NCBI RefSeq assembly: GCF_001194135.2
Contig: NC_068987.1
Location: forward strand, 107,757,274-107,821,273
Reading direction: 5' to 3'
From: Octopus bimaculoides
Taxonomy: Eukaryota
Length of the DNA: 64,000 nt
The notes under the pieces were generated by a model. The model worked only from the letters and a program-made list of their open reading frames with translations. It did not search any database and was not told the origin of the DNA. The position numbers were made by a program, and so were the translations under genes. This document shows, piece after piece, positions 13,191 through 27,279 of this stretch. The stretch's first letter is position 1. Every line of letters begins with the position of its first letter.

Positions 13191-14466
13191 TGACTGCGGA
13201 TTCAATCCATCACTGAAGCTGTAAAAATCTGTAAAACTTTCCAGAAGTTTATCATTTAAATGTTTATGAGCATGTCTAGATATGCAACTATATGCATGAG
13301 AATACATACATAAAGTAAAACATACAAATCTGCACACATGCATACATACATACATACCTACATACATACATACATACATACAAAAGTACTCTGTTGATGT
13401 TGAAATTCCGACGAAGTAGCCTTGGATCTAGGTTAGAAACTGGTTCTTTCTCTGTTGGCAAGAAATCTTGAAATGAAACAGAATAATGACATACACATCC
13501 AGGTTAAAAATTTACGTTTATACCAGAAATAACTGTTGCAGTTGGTTTTCGAAATAGATGCCTATATGTCAGTCTAGATAAGCTTTGAGTTTTCAGAAAA
13601 ACATCAACCAACTAACGCGCACTTTACAAATACAATCTATAAGCGGAATGGTAAATCTCTGCAAGACTTTTCTCATGTTTGAAATGTAACCTTCTTCTCG
13701 TTACCAACATTTCGACGGTGGGCCTTTGTATCTCTGTTAGAAGCCAATTTCTTCTTCAAAGGAAGAATTTAAATAATTAAAAACAGAAGAGAATCATATA
13801 TACATAGATACATTAAAACACACACACACACTCACTCACTCACACACACATACATGCATATATACATACATACAAGCGAATGCATATATTTTAGAGATTT
13901 GTACCTATGCAGCTGAAAGATTGCGTGGCAGTACATCTATTCGGCGAAGTTATAAATTAGCTGTCTGTTTTAGAAGTTTGTTCTATTAACTTCAGACAGG
14001 AAAAGTAATAATGTTTATTCTCATAAGCGCTATAATAATTATTAGAAATAAACTTTATCAGAAAAACAAATCTATTAGAATAATTATGTAAATTAATATA
14101 GTATTTCTGAAAGAAAATATAAAATAAAATACATATTTTTCGTGACAAAACATCATAGGACAGAGGAATATTTTGTTTTATATTTATTTGTTGATACAAT
14201 TTTATGCGCGGCTGTTGTTCTTTTTTGTGTGAATGTGTATGTATCTTGATTTTCTGGAAGGTTTGTATGCGACAATTCTTATTCTTGGATCAACTGGAAT
14301 TTCTTAGCATAATCCTAAAGCAGTTGACCAAAATATAGTCAATTCCAAAGCATTCTATGTATTTTTTTAATCTTATATATTAGTGAAACAGAGCGAAACC
14401 TAGACTAAACGTAAAAAAAAATGCGTCCGGGCACACACGAGCACATGCAAACGCACACCACGCGCG

Positions 14467-14505
<39 letters not shown>

Positions 14506-14786
14506 AAACAACACGCGCGTATACACACACACACACAGACACACACACTCACACGTACATACTGAATGCGGATGTAACTGCCACCTACTTGCCTCTTACC
14601 ACTGTAGTGCTAAATCTTTGCATTTTACTATTGTATCTCTTTACTATTGTAAGTGATCATTAATATTTTTGTTACTTCTCATCTTTCATTGTCCCTACTT
14701 CATCTCTCTCTCTCTTTCTTTCTCTCTCTCTCTCTCTTTCTTTCTCTCTCTCTCTCTCTCTCTCTCCCTCTCTCTCTCTGCATATG

Positions 14787-14821
<35 letters not shown>

Positions 14822-14949
14822 TTGGTGGTACAAGCCTATATATATATATATATATANNNNNNNNNNNNNNNNNNNNNNNNNNNNNNNNNNNNNNNNNNNN
14901 NNNNNAATGGCTGATCGACTCTGGCTACTGGAATTGAAACTAACACGAC

Positions 14950-16764
14950 ATTGTTGGAAGGCAGCTCAATTCGTTGTGAGTCAATTCTCCGAGATCGTAA
15001 GCAAATAGAAGAACAAATATTTGAATTAGTTCATTTTAAGCTTTGCTGTATTACATATTTACTTTTTCTTAAAATTTAAGATTGTGTGTAATTGCATTTA
15101 AAAAAATCATTTCGTTTCTTTTTTTTTTTTTTTTTGGTTTGGATCATATTTTTTCCATGACATTTTTTATACACAGGTTCATTTCTCTGTATTTTTCGTT
15201 TGGCTTGATTCTTCAATAAGTTTCTAAATGTTTTGATGACTAATATTCACTATGTTTTTCAGCGCACTGTGGTAGGCTTCTAAACTATTTGTTGTACGAG
15301 TAATCCCCGTCATACATCGATCACAACCATTCCATATACATAATGGAAATGGAAGTTCAAGGTGTCGCCTCCTCTGTCGTCTTCCTCTAGGTGGTCCAAT
15401 ATAATCATTTTCAAAATAGGATACAACTGACTGTGGAATATCATCATCATCTACATGTTGTTCTTATCCATCTACAATATTATCAGTCGACAGGAATGCA
15501 AGGGCAACAAAACGCACTGCATCGTTAGTCTAAAACTGTCATCTTCGTGACATCTACATTTTAGTCCTTCTTGCACAAAATGTTTATACACATTTTGTCC
15601 CAAATGAAACAAGTACCATGCCATATTTCGATCCAGGAAACGATTCCAGAAGTCTGTTATGGGCTACTTTTTTCGAAATCCATAATTAATATTATAAAAT
15701 CCATCATTCTGCAGGCATTAATTTATTTTGGCAGAAAGTCTTCTATACGTGTCTTGACTTTTGTCAGAGCAATGAGAACGATCGTGGGTACTAAAATTAT
15801 CAATTTGAATATGAAGTATATATAAGTCAAAAATATACTAGAGCAGCACTTAAATGTCTTATCTGCAGCCCAGTTCCTGTGGTACTTTAACTGTCGAAGT
15901 GTTTCGTCATTTGCAAATATTAGAATTCATTTTGAATCTTTCATCTCGCTGTCATACTGTAAAATCGTTTCATCATTGTCAAAGTAGGAGTATTCACTTG
16001 GAATGGAAAACCGAAAATCTGTAAGTGGGGTGGCAGGATATTTGGCAGGATATTTGGAATCAGCTTGCCTCCAACGTCTAAAATTCCTATTAAGCTGTGC
16101 TAACAGATGTATTTGCGACAATGTACAGTCGTTTAAATTCTGAACTTCACTAGCGATAATTGAGCGAGGGCCATCACGAGATGAAATAGACTTTACTTTA
16201 ATATTATCCTTGCATTTAACTCTACAGCAGTTGAAGCGTGATTATGGATCCCAATCTTCTTCAGTTCTTTATAATTTTCATTTGTATGAAGTCTCGCCTT
16301 GCACACACGATTTTCACACCTCCAGTATATCTTCAATACATCTGCATGCTGCTTATTTTTTGTGTATATATAATTCTCTTGATCGACCACTTTGATTTTT
16401 CCTTTTTCTGAAGTTATGATCATGCAGGTAATCATGATGATGGGTAGGCGTATTGAATAAATTTAATTCGATTTCCTTGGAGATCTTTGTTCGCAAACAG
16501 TTCAGCGCAGATACTTAAGAGAGATAAAAGGGAGATTGAGAGGGAGAGAGAGTGAGGGGTTAAAGAAGGGAAAAAATATCTAAAACTGTCCAACGACAAT
16601 TTGAATTCTAAAGTGATTGTTCTAAACTTGCCCACGAAAATCCCATTTAAGAGTATTTTGGGACGAATTAGCCAGCGACAAGTTGACCTGGGGTTGAATT
16701 GATCAACGATGAATTCACTGGGGATAAATTAACCGACTGCGAAATAACCGAAGAGGAATTGTCC
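14950..16764 (-). mobile_element. Mutator-like (MULE) DNA transposon, near full-length relic
   Basis: It contains the decayed transposase listed next. Subterminal GAATTG-type short repeats at 16650-16764 are mirrored by CAATTC at 14965-14989. Candidate degenerate 9-bp TSD: TAACACGAC (14941-14949) versus TAGCACCAC (16765-16773). The left boundary is uncertain. Confidence 0.75.
15150..16435 (-). pseudogene. MULE transposase pseudogene (FLYWCH zinc finger + DDE domain)
   Basis: ORF 16193-16435 is a FLYWCH domain (YWRCENRVCKARLHT...HNH). ORF 15927-16121 reads ..IPSEYS..LQYDS. Manual translation then gives WAADKTFKCC (~15845-15875), MDFEK (~15670-15684), LFHLGQNVYK (~15585-15612), VVSYFENDYIG and RTTNSLEAYH (15270-15299). 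Several frameshifts and stops are present. Confidence 0.92.
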
Positions 16765-16976
16765 TAGCACCATTTCTACTACCTAAATACATATCATCAT
16801 AGCATAGGTCAATGCAGCGACAACTCTAACACCGACTATAATAGCATATAACATACGCGCAACCATAGCGCTACAACCAGTATAAACTAGAATACGAATA
16901 TCCCGGCTTCCGAGGAAGGTCGCAGTGCGGCTCAAACGAATGTTGATACTAGTAGCATTATTACTTCTAATGCTGA

Positions 16977-17021
<45 letters not shown>

Positions 17022-17023
17022 CA

Positions 17024-17058
<35 letters not shown>
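16977..17058. repeat. (TAC)n-(AAT)n compound microsatellite
   Basis: Direct observation. Confidence 0.95.
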
Positions 17059-17060
<2 letters not shown>

Positions 17061-17420
17061 GAGCCAATCCTCTAAACTTAAACTTATCCATAGATAGTAC
17101 ATCGTCATCCCTTTCCACAACTTAGCCACGTCACTAATTAATTAATTACTTCAAATTCACCTTACTCTAATTAAGAATTCTAAATGAGACGAGATACTCA
17201 TCCTGCCTTGGTTTTTCTTATCCTTTCTCCTCTAATATATACCTGATAACTCGGAAGCCTGCTACAGATTCCTAGCTACAGCTTCAGGTGTGATCTTGGA
17301 ATCTAACAGATGGCCAATTATACCACTTACACACCGCACCTATTCGTTTAGAGCACCAGTGTACAAAACCCCTCATATTCTCTCTCTCCCTCTCCCCCCT
17401 CTCTCTCTGTATTTATATGC

Positions 17421-17460
<40 letters not shown>

Positions 17461-18563
17461 GGGGGGTGCGCGTGCGTGTTCTGCATCTTCATTGTGCGCC
17501 AGAAAATGGATTTGCGAAACTAAGGTGGAAGACACGACATATATAGGTCTGGTAGCATAGTTTGAAGTGAAAGATTGCACTGTCTCCAGCAGTGACAGTT
17601 GCTGCATATTAAAGATATATTCAACCACCTGCATTAGCGCCAGTGCTCGTTTATTTATGTATCACCTTAATCAACGAGTTCATTGAGTTCTCATAACCAC
17701 CCATTCTACATTATCTATTTGATGTGAGAATCTTACCGACCATCCTCTCCATATAAATGCATCACTTCAACATCACATTTATTAGAGCTGTTTTCAATTA
17801 TATGCTTAGTTTAGTTCACTTTTATCGTATAAGCAGATAAATAATTGGCCACCTTTGATGAAATGCTTGTTTCGATTTTTGAAACGCGATTACAAAAGTA
17901 GAATATGAAATTAGATTGTCATGAAAGAAATTGAAGTAAACCGATGTATAGGATCATCTGTTCGTCAAGTTTTTCAATCTTTGGTTTTGCTTCTCATAAA
18001 CGTAACATTTGATTATTTCATTCTGACGTTCAGAGACGTTATAGTCAGATCTTTACAAGAATTCCCAAAGTTCCATATCACCAAAATTAATTTTTTTGTG
18101 ATAGGAATGTATTTGCTCATACACGCATGTACGTACGTATATATGTGTGCATACATATGAGTGTGTGTGTGTGTATGTCTATGCATGTCTGTGTGCGCAT
18201 TGTATATATGTATGTGTGCATGTAGCATATTGCATAAAAAAAATTTGCTTTGAGATTGAAGAGCCAGCCGGTGAATTTTTCATATTTTAACTCATACTAA
18301 TAAAACAATATCTCAGTAAATATTAGTTATGAATACATATTTACATACATACTTACTTACTTACGTATATATAATCATACACATATGCTTGTGTGTATAC
18401 AGATCTATCTATGCATATGGGTATATACATATATATACATATTCATACGTATATGTATGTATATATGCATGCATATATATGTACACATACACGTATGATT
18501 GCACACACACATGCTAACTGAATTTACCAACACATATATATCTAGCTAGCTAGCTAAATAAAT

Positions 18564-18597
<34 letters not shown>

Positions 18598-18971
18598 CAC
18601 AGGCAGATATTTATAGTTATTCTACTTTTAGTAAAATTGAATAAAATAATAATTCTCACGTCTTGGAATAGGACGCGACCGAATATCATGAGACAAAAAT
18701 TTTGAAGAATAATTTGAACGTAATACTCAAGTCAGAGCTATTTAAAAAAATATGCTTTTCTTATAAATAAAAATTCAGAAACGTTGTGAGATATGAAGTT
18801 CAGCATCTTTTAATGGTGTAGCACTCGAAGCAGGTAAAGGTTAATACTCACAGCTAGTAGAGTATTGAGTTGCAAAACGCCTTGGATGCAGAAAAAATTC
18901 AAGACAACCAGTGTGACTTGAACGCAGGTTTGTCCTTTTTTTTCACCTAATATTATACACCTTATTAGCTT

Positions 18972-19110
18972 TGTTAATGCGATGAGCTGGCAGAAACGGT
19001 CGACTTTACATATCACACATTTGGAAGTCGATAACATAAGTACCAGTCGAACACTGGGGTCTTCGTAATCGACCAGCAACAAAGATTTCAGGCCTTGTGC
19101 CTATAGTAAA
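18972..19110 (+). mobile_element. Family D SINE, internally deleted, plus orientation
   Basis: GAGCTGGCAGAAACGGTCGACTTT..GTCGATAACATAAGTACCAG..GGGGTC..TAATCGAC. Confidence 0.75.
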
Positions 19111-19133
19111 AATTATTATTTATAGCTCTGTCT

Positions 19134-19454
19134 TTTATTTTTATTTTTTATTTATGCGCCCTTTCAAAGCCTAGCCAGATTCCCGTTTTCTATGACGCAC
19201 ATGAACCCTCCCCACCCACCACCAGTTTGACGGGACGCTAGTCCATTGCAGCGTTACTCAACAAACAAGAAGAAAGAGTGAGAGAAAGTTGGGGCCAAAG
19301 AGTACAAAAGGGATCGCCACTACCCCCTGCCAGAGCCCAGTGCAGCTTAGGTGTTTTCGCTCAATAAAGACTCACAACGCCCGGTCTGGGAATCGAAACC
19401 GCGATCCTCCGACGGCGAGACCGCTGCTCCAACCATTGGGCCATTGCGCCTCCA
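19134..19454 (-). mobile_element. Full-length tRNA-derived SINE (head A + tail 1) with 13-bp TSD
   Basis: The minus-strand head is GGAGGCGCAATGGCCCAATGGTTGGAGCAGCGG...GGTTTCGATTCCC, with a (TAAAA)n tail. Flanking direct repeats are TATAGCTCTGTCT (19121-19133) and TATAGCTATGTCT (19455-19467). Confidence 0.9.
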
Positions 19455-19709
19455 TATAGCTATGTCTAAGGCTGAAAAGTCTCTGCCACTCCAAAGACAA
19501 TGATAATTAGCAATACTTCCGGCTTTAAGAGTTCGATTCTGTCGGGGGTCATCCTTATCTTTCGGAATAGTTAAAAGGAAGTTGTCTTCTGGGTAAGATG
19601 TTATCGACTAGGCCTCTATTCTTAAAAAGTGCTGGCCTTGCTCTAGTATTTGGAACGAATTTAAAGAAACCTTATCCAGGGAGCAGAATCTTAGTTGTAT
19701 TTCTTTCGG

Positions 19710-19865
19710 CTTTACGTTCTGAGTCCGCATACTACTGAGGTCCTTTTCGACTTCAATCCCTTTTATTTTCAGGATCGATAAAACGAATGCCAGTCAAGCA
19801 ATAGGGTCGATGAAATCAAGTAGCCTACGCCACTTAAATTTCAGGACTTGTACGTGTATAGCAAG
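19710..19865 (+). mobile_element. Degenerate family D SINE, plus orientation
   Basis: TTTACGTTCTGAGT..GAGGTC..GGATCGATAAAA..GGGTCGATGAAATC..AAATTTCAGG. Confidence 0.6.
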
Positions 19866-20339
19866 GAAAAACATATTTATATCTTTGTCTTAGTTTGAAC
19901 TCAGGCGAATAATGCTTGCATTACTTTGACAACACCCGATCTTTCGAAGGGGGGAAGAGAGAGAGAAAGAGACTGATACAATAAAGAAGCTGGAAAGAAT
20001 AATAAAGAAAGAATATATGACAGAGAGAGAGAGAGACAGACGGAGACAGAGACAAAGAGATTGATAGCTAGTTAAATAAATGATTTCAGAGATCAAACTA
20101 GAATTTTGGATACAAGAAACTGAAAGGAAAATATTGAATGAAAAATGTTACATAAAATAAGAAAAAAATAACTGCAAAATTGTATGAAATAATCCACGGC
20201 ATTCATAATGGAGTGAATGAACTGCAACTATGACGGAAAACAGCATAGAGATCTGAGAGGTTTTTAGTGTATATGTGTGTAAGATTTGTATGTGAGGTGT
20301 GCGTGTGGAGGGTTGTGAGAAGTTATCATGCAGGTGGTT

Positions 20340-20380
20340 TTGTGTACATATGTGTATCTACATCTTTATATACATAAGTG

Positions 20381-20423
<43 letters not shown>

Positions 20424-20533
20424 CACTTGCACTTCTGGTATGTATACACATATAAGTATGATGTATGTATATACGTATATGAATATATCCTTATATATAA
20501 GTGTAGGTATACATACATAAATGTAGGCATCTC

Positions 20534-20564
<31 letters not shown>

Positions 20565-20705
20565 ATGCAGATATGTGATTGTATATGCAACCTACATGTA
20601 TTCACCTGCACACATACGCATTTACAGGAATACAGGAATGTTTGTACGCATATGCATATATATGTGTATATATGTATATACATATATACATGTATATATG
20701 CACAC

Positions 20706-20744
<39 letters not shown>

Positions 20745-21080
20745 CGTACATACATATATATATATATATACATATGTATGTATGTGTATGTGGGTGGTGT
20801 ATACATGCAATCACATATATCTGCATGCATATATATACATACATACGTATATACATACGTACGTGCATTGTATGCGTAACCCCCCACACACACACACACA
20901 TATATACAATTATATATATGCATCTATGTATGTGTGTATATATGTAGATTATATGTTTATATANNNNNNNNNNNNNNNNNNNNNNNNNNNNNNNNNNNNT
21001 ATATAGATATGCATACATACATACGCATATATACGTACACATACTAATATATGTACACGAATTATGAATGAATGTATGAA
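20340..21080. repeat. Long alternating purine/pyrimidine (AT/AC/ATAC) low-complexity tract
   Basis: Direct observation. It produces the many YIYI/CVCV ORFs. Confidence 0.95.
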
Positions 21081-21229
21081 TGAAAAATAATAAAACTCTG
21101 CAGTAAGCAGAAGCAGTTTGCAGACAGTTCTGCAGGTGGTTTTAAATTGCATTATACATATTATATTTTTTCATTTTCTACTTTGAAAATTTTATTTTAC
21201 CATTTGTGGAGAATTCCCAAGTAGCGTTT

Positions 21230-21590
21230 CACATTTTCGAAACTGAAATTCTAAATTGAAAGAATATGGAAAAATCCAGCTCTTGTGTGGTGTACCACCT
21301 GATTTTTACTTTTATAGTTGCTGCTGTTATGTTTTAACATTTTACGAATTAAACCTATAAACAAATAAGGTCCAGCCGTGACCTTCCAGTCTTCTGTTTA
21401 TTATTGCTTTGTAGATATATTCTCTTTGCAGCTGTATTATCTAAAGATAAATTTTCTAAGTTTTTTTGATTAATTTCACATAACCCTTCATAGTATAGTT
21501 TTCTGATCGAAGAGCTTCCAACTGGGGCCATCTCGCCTTTCTATGATTAGATTTCAAGCTGTGGTTTTCAGTGATTTTAAGGTGGTTATA
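21230..21590 (-). mobile_element. pogo/Tigger-like (POGK type) transposase N-terminal relic
   Basis: KARWPQLE at 21516-21539 matches the CENP-B-type HTH region of pogo-like transposases (from memory, ..GNKARWPQLED..). Weak TAAKRI and EGHGW (cf. GGPSW) follow downstream in the expected order. Confidence 0.6.
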
Positions 21591-21639
21591 TCTTTGTTGG
21601 AGTGATGATTGTTTTCTTTTCCCTCTTTGAACGGAAGTC

Positions 21640-22260
21640 TCAAATAATTAAGTCACCGCAAACTTCAACCAATGCCAGTCCTGTGCTAGTCTGCACAGTT
21701 CTGCAAAACTTTCGCCACCAGCTTCTTTAAAGTTATCGGTAATTCTGGTTTCATCTCTTCTTTTGTCATATGCCGCATCTCTTAACAGGAACTTGTCAAC
21801 GACTTCTCTTCTAGATATATTGTTGGTGAAGCTCGATTCTCTTCTGATAGTATTTAACAGTCTTTCTTCGCGCTTTATCTTACCCACTCACTAATACTTT
21901 TATCCGTCCAGCTTATCCTAGAAATGTGTCTAAAACACCATTGTTCAAATGCTTCGGTTTTCTATTTATCCATTTCGTTTATAATCTAGCATTCAACTCC
22001 ATTAATTGCAATGTCGAATATCAATGATTTAAGGAATCATTTTTATTTGCTTGCAAGGAAATGATCGTATTCTTCCATATGTTCTTCAGTGATATCGTGA
22101 CATTCCTTGATATGTCAGATGTTCTCTTGATTTCACGAGTACCATTGAAGAAATTGGATTTAAGAGAACCAAGGTACACACATTCTTTTACATTTTTGCC
22201 ATTTTCATTGTTCATTATTTGTTGAGCTTTTAGTTGTTTTCATTACTTTTGTAGTTCAAT
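21640..22260 (-). mobile_element. RTE-clade LINE 3' fragment
   Basis: ORF 22021-22215 reads VKECVYLGSL...EIKRT..ISRN...LKNIWKN..ISL. ORF 21648-21887 ends ..SFAELCRLAQD..W..AVT*. These are the typical RTE post-RT and C-terminal motifs. Confidence 0.85.
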
Positions 22261-23102
22261 ATGTATTATATATTGTGAACGGCGGTATTGTTTCTGATGT
22301 TGTTTCGGCATAAATTAACTCCCAGTCTAGCTGATCCATGTGCAAAGATGTAACATACGTGCATTTTTGGCTGTTTCTCTATAACCCTTTATCCTAATAT
22401 TAATAAGCCTTTGTGTGTAATCTTAGGATAATTGGACTGTTTTCCTTCTAGCAAAACGATTGACCGTGTAGGTAATTTTTCAGTGACTTGATGGTGATGT
22501 TGTCATTTTGTAGCTAGTTAGTTGCAGTAGACTTGTACCGAGCAGGCAACGACATCGACGCCGGTAATCTGTGGGCATAGCCGTCCGTATGCAAAGTGAG
22601 CACGATATTCCTTACAGCACGCAGAGTGCAAATTAGGTCGTTAAAAGTTTCCACGAAAAGAGGCTCGGTTTTAAGTGTTCTATTGGAGTAAATTATTATT
22701 CAAAACTAAAATAAAACGTTGGCACCAATTGCATAGATGCAGAGAATGTAAATTAAGGTAGGCTTTCCCATCGGAGTGATCCCATGACTGCTGTGCAATT
22801 AAAAGGAGTATAAACAAAAGGCAAAATCAGCCCTATAAAGGTTCTGGTCAGGTATATAGACAACCCGCCATGTGGAGATGCTTGAATGAAGGGAGAACTC
22901 CCTCAGTGCCGTCTATACACAACAATTTGTATCGGGATATCAAATGTATGAACCACAATCTGTGACCTGTGAAAGATAAAGCATGAAAGGTAATCCATTT
23001 TTATTCAGAAAAATGTGACATAAGAGATAGGCCATAAAAAAAGGCTCCATAATATGCGCATAGGCTAATCCATTCGAGATTGTGCATTGTACTTGTGTGT
23101 AT

Positions 23103-23172
<70 letters not shown>

Positions 23173-23203
23173 GTNNNNNNNNNNTGTGTGTGTGTGTGTG
23201 TGT

Positions 23204-23527
23204 AGGTGTGTGGCTTAGTAGTTAGGATATTCGACTTACGATTGTAAGGTCGTGAGTTCAATTCCCGGTGACGTGTTGTGTCCTTGAGCAAGACACTTTA
23301 TTTCTCGTTGCTCCCGTCCACTCAGCTGGCAAAAATGAGTAGTACCTGTATTTCAAAAGGCCAGCCATGTCACACTCTGTGCCATGCTGAATCTCCCTCA
23401 AAACTATGTTAAGAGTGCATATGTCTGTGGAGTGCTCAGCCACTTCCACGTTAACTTCATGAGCAAACTTTTCCGTTAATAGTATCAGCTGGAAACCTCG
23501 CCCTCGTAACCGACGGTGCGCTCCTTC
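23204..23527 (+). mobile_element. tRNA-derived SINE (head B + tail 2)
   Basis: A box TGGCTTAGTAGTTAG and B box GAGTTCAATTCC, followed by GTGTCCTTGAGCAAGACACTT. The 3' 170 bp aligns with the reverse complement of 57895-58060. Confidence 0.88.
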
Positions 23528-23546
23528 ATATCTATCTATCTATCTG

Positions 23547-23623
<77 letters not shown>

Positions 23624-24524
23624 NNNNNNNNNNNNNNNNNNNNNNNNNNNNNNNNNNNNNNNNNNNNNNNNNNNNNNNNNNNNNNNNNNNNNNNNNNNNN
23701 NNNNNNNNNNNNNNNNNNNNNNNNNNNNNNNNNNNNNNNNNNNNNNNNNNNNNNNNNNNNNNNNNNNNNNNNNNNNNNNNNNNNNNNNNNNNNNNNNNNN
23801 NNNNNNNNATATATATATATATATACACATAGAAAGTCACTCGTGCCACGAGACGCAAACCGATACTTCTAATGTTGGGAGTGCATCCATGTGCAAATAA
23901 AGAACATCAATGAGATACTGGGGATACGTGAGAGGCTAATTAGTGTCGGTTCCTCTGCATCCCTTTCACCTCAGTTTCGACGTTCCAAACCAGACCTAAT
24001 TTTCAGTTCAGTCTTCCCTTTTCCCACTTGCACCCATCCTAATACCTCTGGTAGCATCTCCCAAACATTCCAAATGCGCGATATACCCATCTCATCGGCC
24101 AGCATTTTCTATCAAGTATCTCTCTAAGTAACCACTTTTGCTGTGTAGCTTCCCATGTAAAATACATGCGTTTAAGTCGCTGTCGGTTTTTCAAGTTCTC
24201 AATAATTCAATTTTTACAGTTTAAATAAGGACGTTTTCTACTTGAAATATAATAATGAACTTAAGTAAGCATAATTCAGGGCCCATTACAATACTAACAA
24301 GAAATAATTATATTTGCTTATGCAACGAGGAGAAAATATTATAACACAATAACCAATCTAATTTATAATTATTTCAGTGAGTGTGTGAGGTAAAATTACG
24401 AAATATTTATACTAAACTTACATTCGCATTTAGACAAGTTGATACTAACATGTTTAATGGAAAGTGAATTAAAATGCGTACTAGAAATAGTAATGGTTTC
24501 ACATTTTGCAACAAGGGCAACAAT

Positions 24525-24710
24525 ATTGGGGTGGAGGCGAGTCAACCACATCAACCTGAGTTTTCAAGTAGTACTTATTTTATCGACCCCGAAAGGATGA
24601 AAGGCTAATTCAACCTCGGCAGAATTTCACTTCAGAACGTAAAGACGGACCAAATAATGTTAGGTATTCTATCCAGCGAGCTAACTGCTTCGCCAGCAAC
24701 CCGCCTTCAA
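24525..24710 (-). mobile_element. Family D SINE
   Basis: GTACTTATTTTATCGACCCCGAAAGGATGAAAGGC..TCAGAACGTAAAGACGGAC..CCGCCTT. Confidence 0.9.
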
Positions 24711-27279
24711 GCTAGAAATAATAACGATATAAGAAAAACAGATTACGAAATGGGTACAGGACAGGGTTAAAGAAACAAAGATCAATTATGAATAGGTACA
24801 GATCTAGATTGCTATATGGCTAATATTTCCAACGTTTCCAGCATTTCAAGTATTCTTCTAAATGGGGACTCATCGGTCAGAATTCATGGCAACTATGCAG
24901 AGGCTGGTAACAGTTGTTTTCAAGTGAGAGCAGCAACTGCCCATGCATACAATCTTTTCCACTTCATATCATTGATGTTTTCTAAGAGAAGGAACTCGTC
25001 ACAGAGTCAATAAATGCTCTCATCGGTGTTGTCGTGAGCGTTACTGTCAGAACACAAAAAAGGCCAGAGCAAATACTAAAAACAATCTGATGCGTTAATG
25101 CTTTCTCCAATCCACCATCCTTGGTTGATATATTTATCTCAATACTGAAAATGTTGACAGGTAAATTTGACTTCGGTGAGCATTGTGCCAGAAAGTTCAG
25201 AGTCGGAGTTATTCTACACCATACGTTAAAATCGCTTATCAAACTTTTCACTTATTTAAGAAGTCAATATTAGTTGAAATATTTCATCACGAAACGGAGA
25301 CACATCTGAACATATTTCAGGCGTATTACGATCTCATTAGCAAAGCATAAACTGAATTACGCTTGTGAAAGTAATGATTTAGTGTTCACTGTAATTTGTA
25401 TGTTAACACGAACTTAACTATTGTTTCCTTGCGGGATAACGTGTCCAAGTTATTTATTTCTTTATAAAATATCATATTTAGTAGTTGACATTTGCGGTGT
25501 AACTTAAGTAACCAAAACAGCGAAATGATATTGAATTGTGTACTTTATTACCTTTTCATTTTCCCTCCTACTCTAAAATGCTTGTTATAAACAATATAAA
25601 TTAACACTTTAACATGATATTATATTATTTCTTTTGTTGCGTTTATGTTTTATTGATTCATTCTTGGATTGGTATTTTAGAATTTAATAATATAAAAATA
25701 CCAGAAGCGGACTGAAAATATCATAGAGGAATGAAAGAAAATATAGCGCGGAAATATGTAAAATGTTAATAAAATTGCTATTAGAACGATAGAAGAGTAA
25801 AACAAACAAACAGTCTAAAATGAAAATAATGAAGACTATTGAATAAAGAGTTCAAAATTCTAATCTTGAAAAACAACGAAACAAATTTCTTAGCTATACA
25901 AAAGATTAAAACACAAGAAATTTAAAGAAGAGAAGAACGGATAGAACGATAGAGAATGGTTGGAGAGAGAGAAGCTTAAAATTACAAGAAGAAAAACAAA
26001 AGCAATCAAATGCATTAAAAAGGTAACTAAATCTCATTTGTCGTGACAAGACATCTTTCCGTAATTCAAAAGAACGACAAGTAAACAACATTGGATCGCC
26101 GCCATTTCCATTCGCCTCAAACAAAAATATAAACGCACATATAGAGTTTTATAGATGCAACGGTTTTCATGTTGAAACAATTGAATGAACGTTAAAAGGG
26201 CCCGAGGACCCATTTAGTTATCTTGCTTGCTCTCATTTTCTTTTCTTTCTCGTCAGGCTTTCTCTGGTGCAAACATTGATAAATCAATACTTATCATACA
26301 AATGCAAAATAAATGGAATGACATCGCTTTATGTTCCTAATTAAAATGTACCCATGAATAGGTGATTAGACTTACTGTCTTAATTGATTGTGGATAACTA
26401 CTACAATCGACTTTAGGGAGACATAAGAGCAAACAGCCTTAGTTATATCATAGAAAATTCAAGACTATAAGGGAAGCAACTGTGCAGTCATTAAACCTGC
26501 ATGAAATAGCAGCTAAATACGTCCTTTTGAATTTCACCCTAGAATCTTAAAAGGTAAGAAATACGACATGTAATTTTAGATATATTTGAAACTAAGACGT
26601 GATGATCATGGATGGAATACTTTCGAAAACAAGTATATTTGATTAGGACTAATCAGGAATCAAACAACAGCAAAGACAACGGCAGCAATTACAACAAAGT
26701 CTGTAGCAATCGCTGCAGTAACAATCACAACAAGTTTCATAACATTATCATAAACGTATATCATATAGTAAGACATATTTTTTTCATTAAAGGTAACAAT
26801 CTAACAAGACATAAATTCTTAGATATTTACAGTGGATGATGTTTTCATAAACATCTAAGAAATTTGAAAAAAAAACATTCGGATATACATAAAAATGCCA
26901 AAACAAATCTAGTGTAGTCGTAAAACAAATTACAGAATGTAATAAATACAAGTGTATAAAAAATATTTATGTAATATTAAAGTATCAGAATTGGATGGTT
27001 TTGCGAGCAAAGTCATAACGTGAAATTTGAAACCATCAACTTCAACTATAAGACAAAAAGGAAATTTAACAAGCTTAACAATATGAATTTACATATTATA
27101 CACATTTGACTGTAAAGAAGATAGGCAATTATGCAGAAACAAACATGCAGACTTGGTATGCGAATACATACATGTAGATACGTAATTACATACATATATA
27201 TGCTATTCTAGTGGGGTAAAAAGATGTTTCTAGTCAAAAATATACCAACATATATTTCGGGTCGATAGAAATATGCATT

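Noticed and set aside
18852-18880. Possible 29-nt minus-strand exon (AAG acceptor, GTGAGT donor)
   Set aside because: The acceptor and exonic donor context are weak, the length breaks frame, and I do not recognise the peptide.
24816-25255. Stop-poor stretch with faint similarity to Charlie-type hAT transposase (IGQNS, CIQSF.LH)
   Set aside because: The motifs are too degenerate to call without a profile search.
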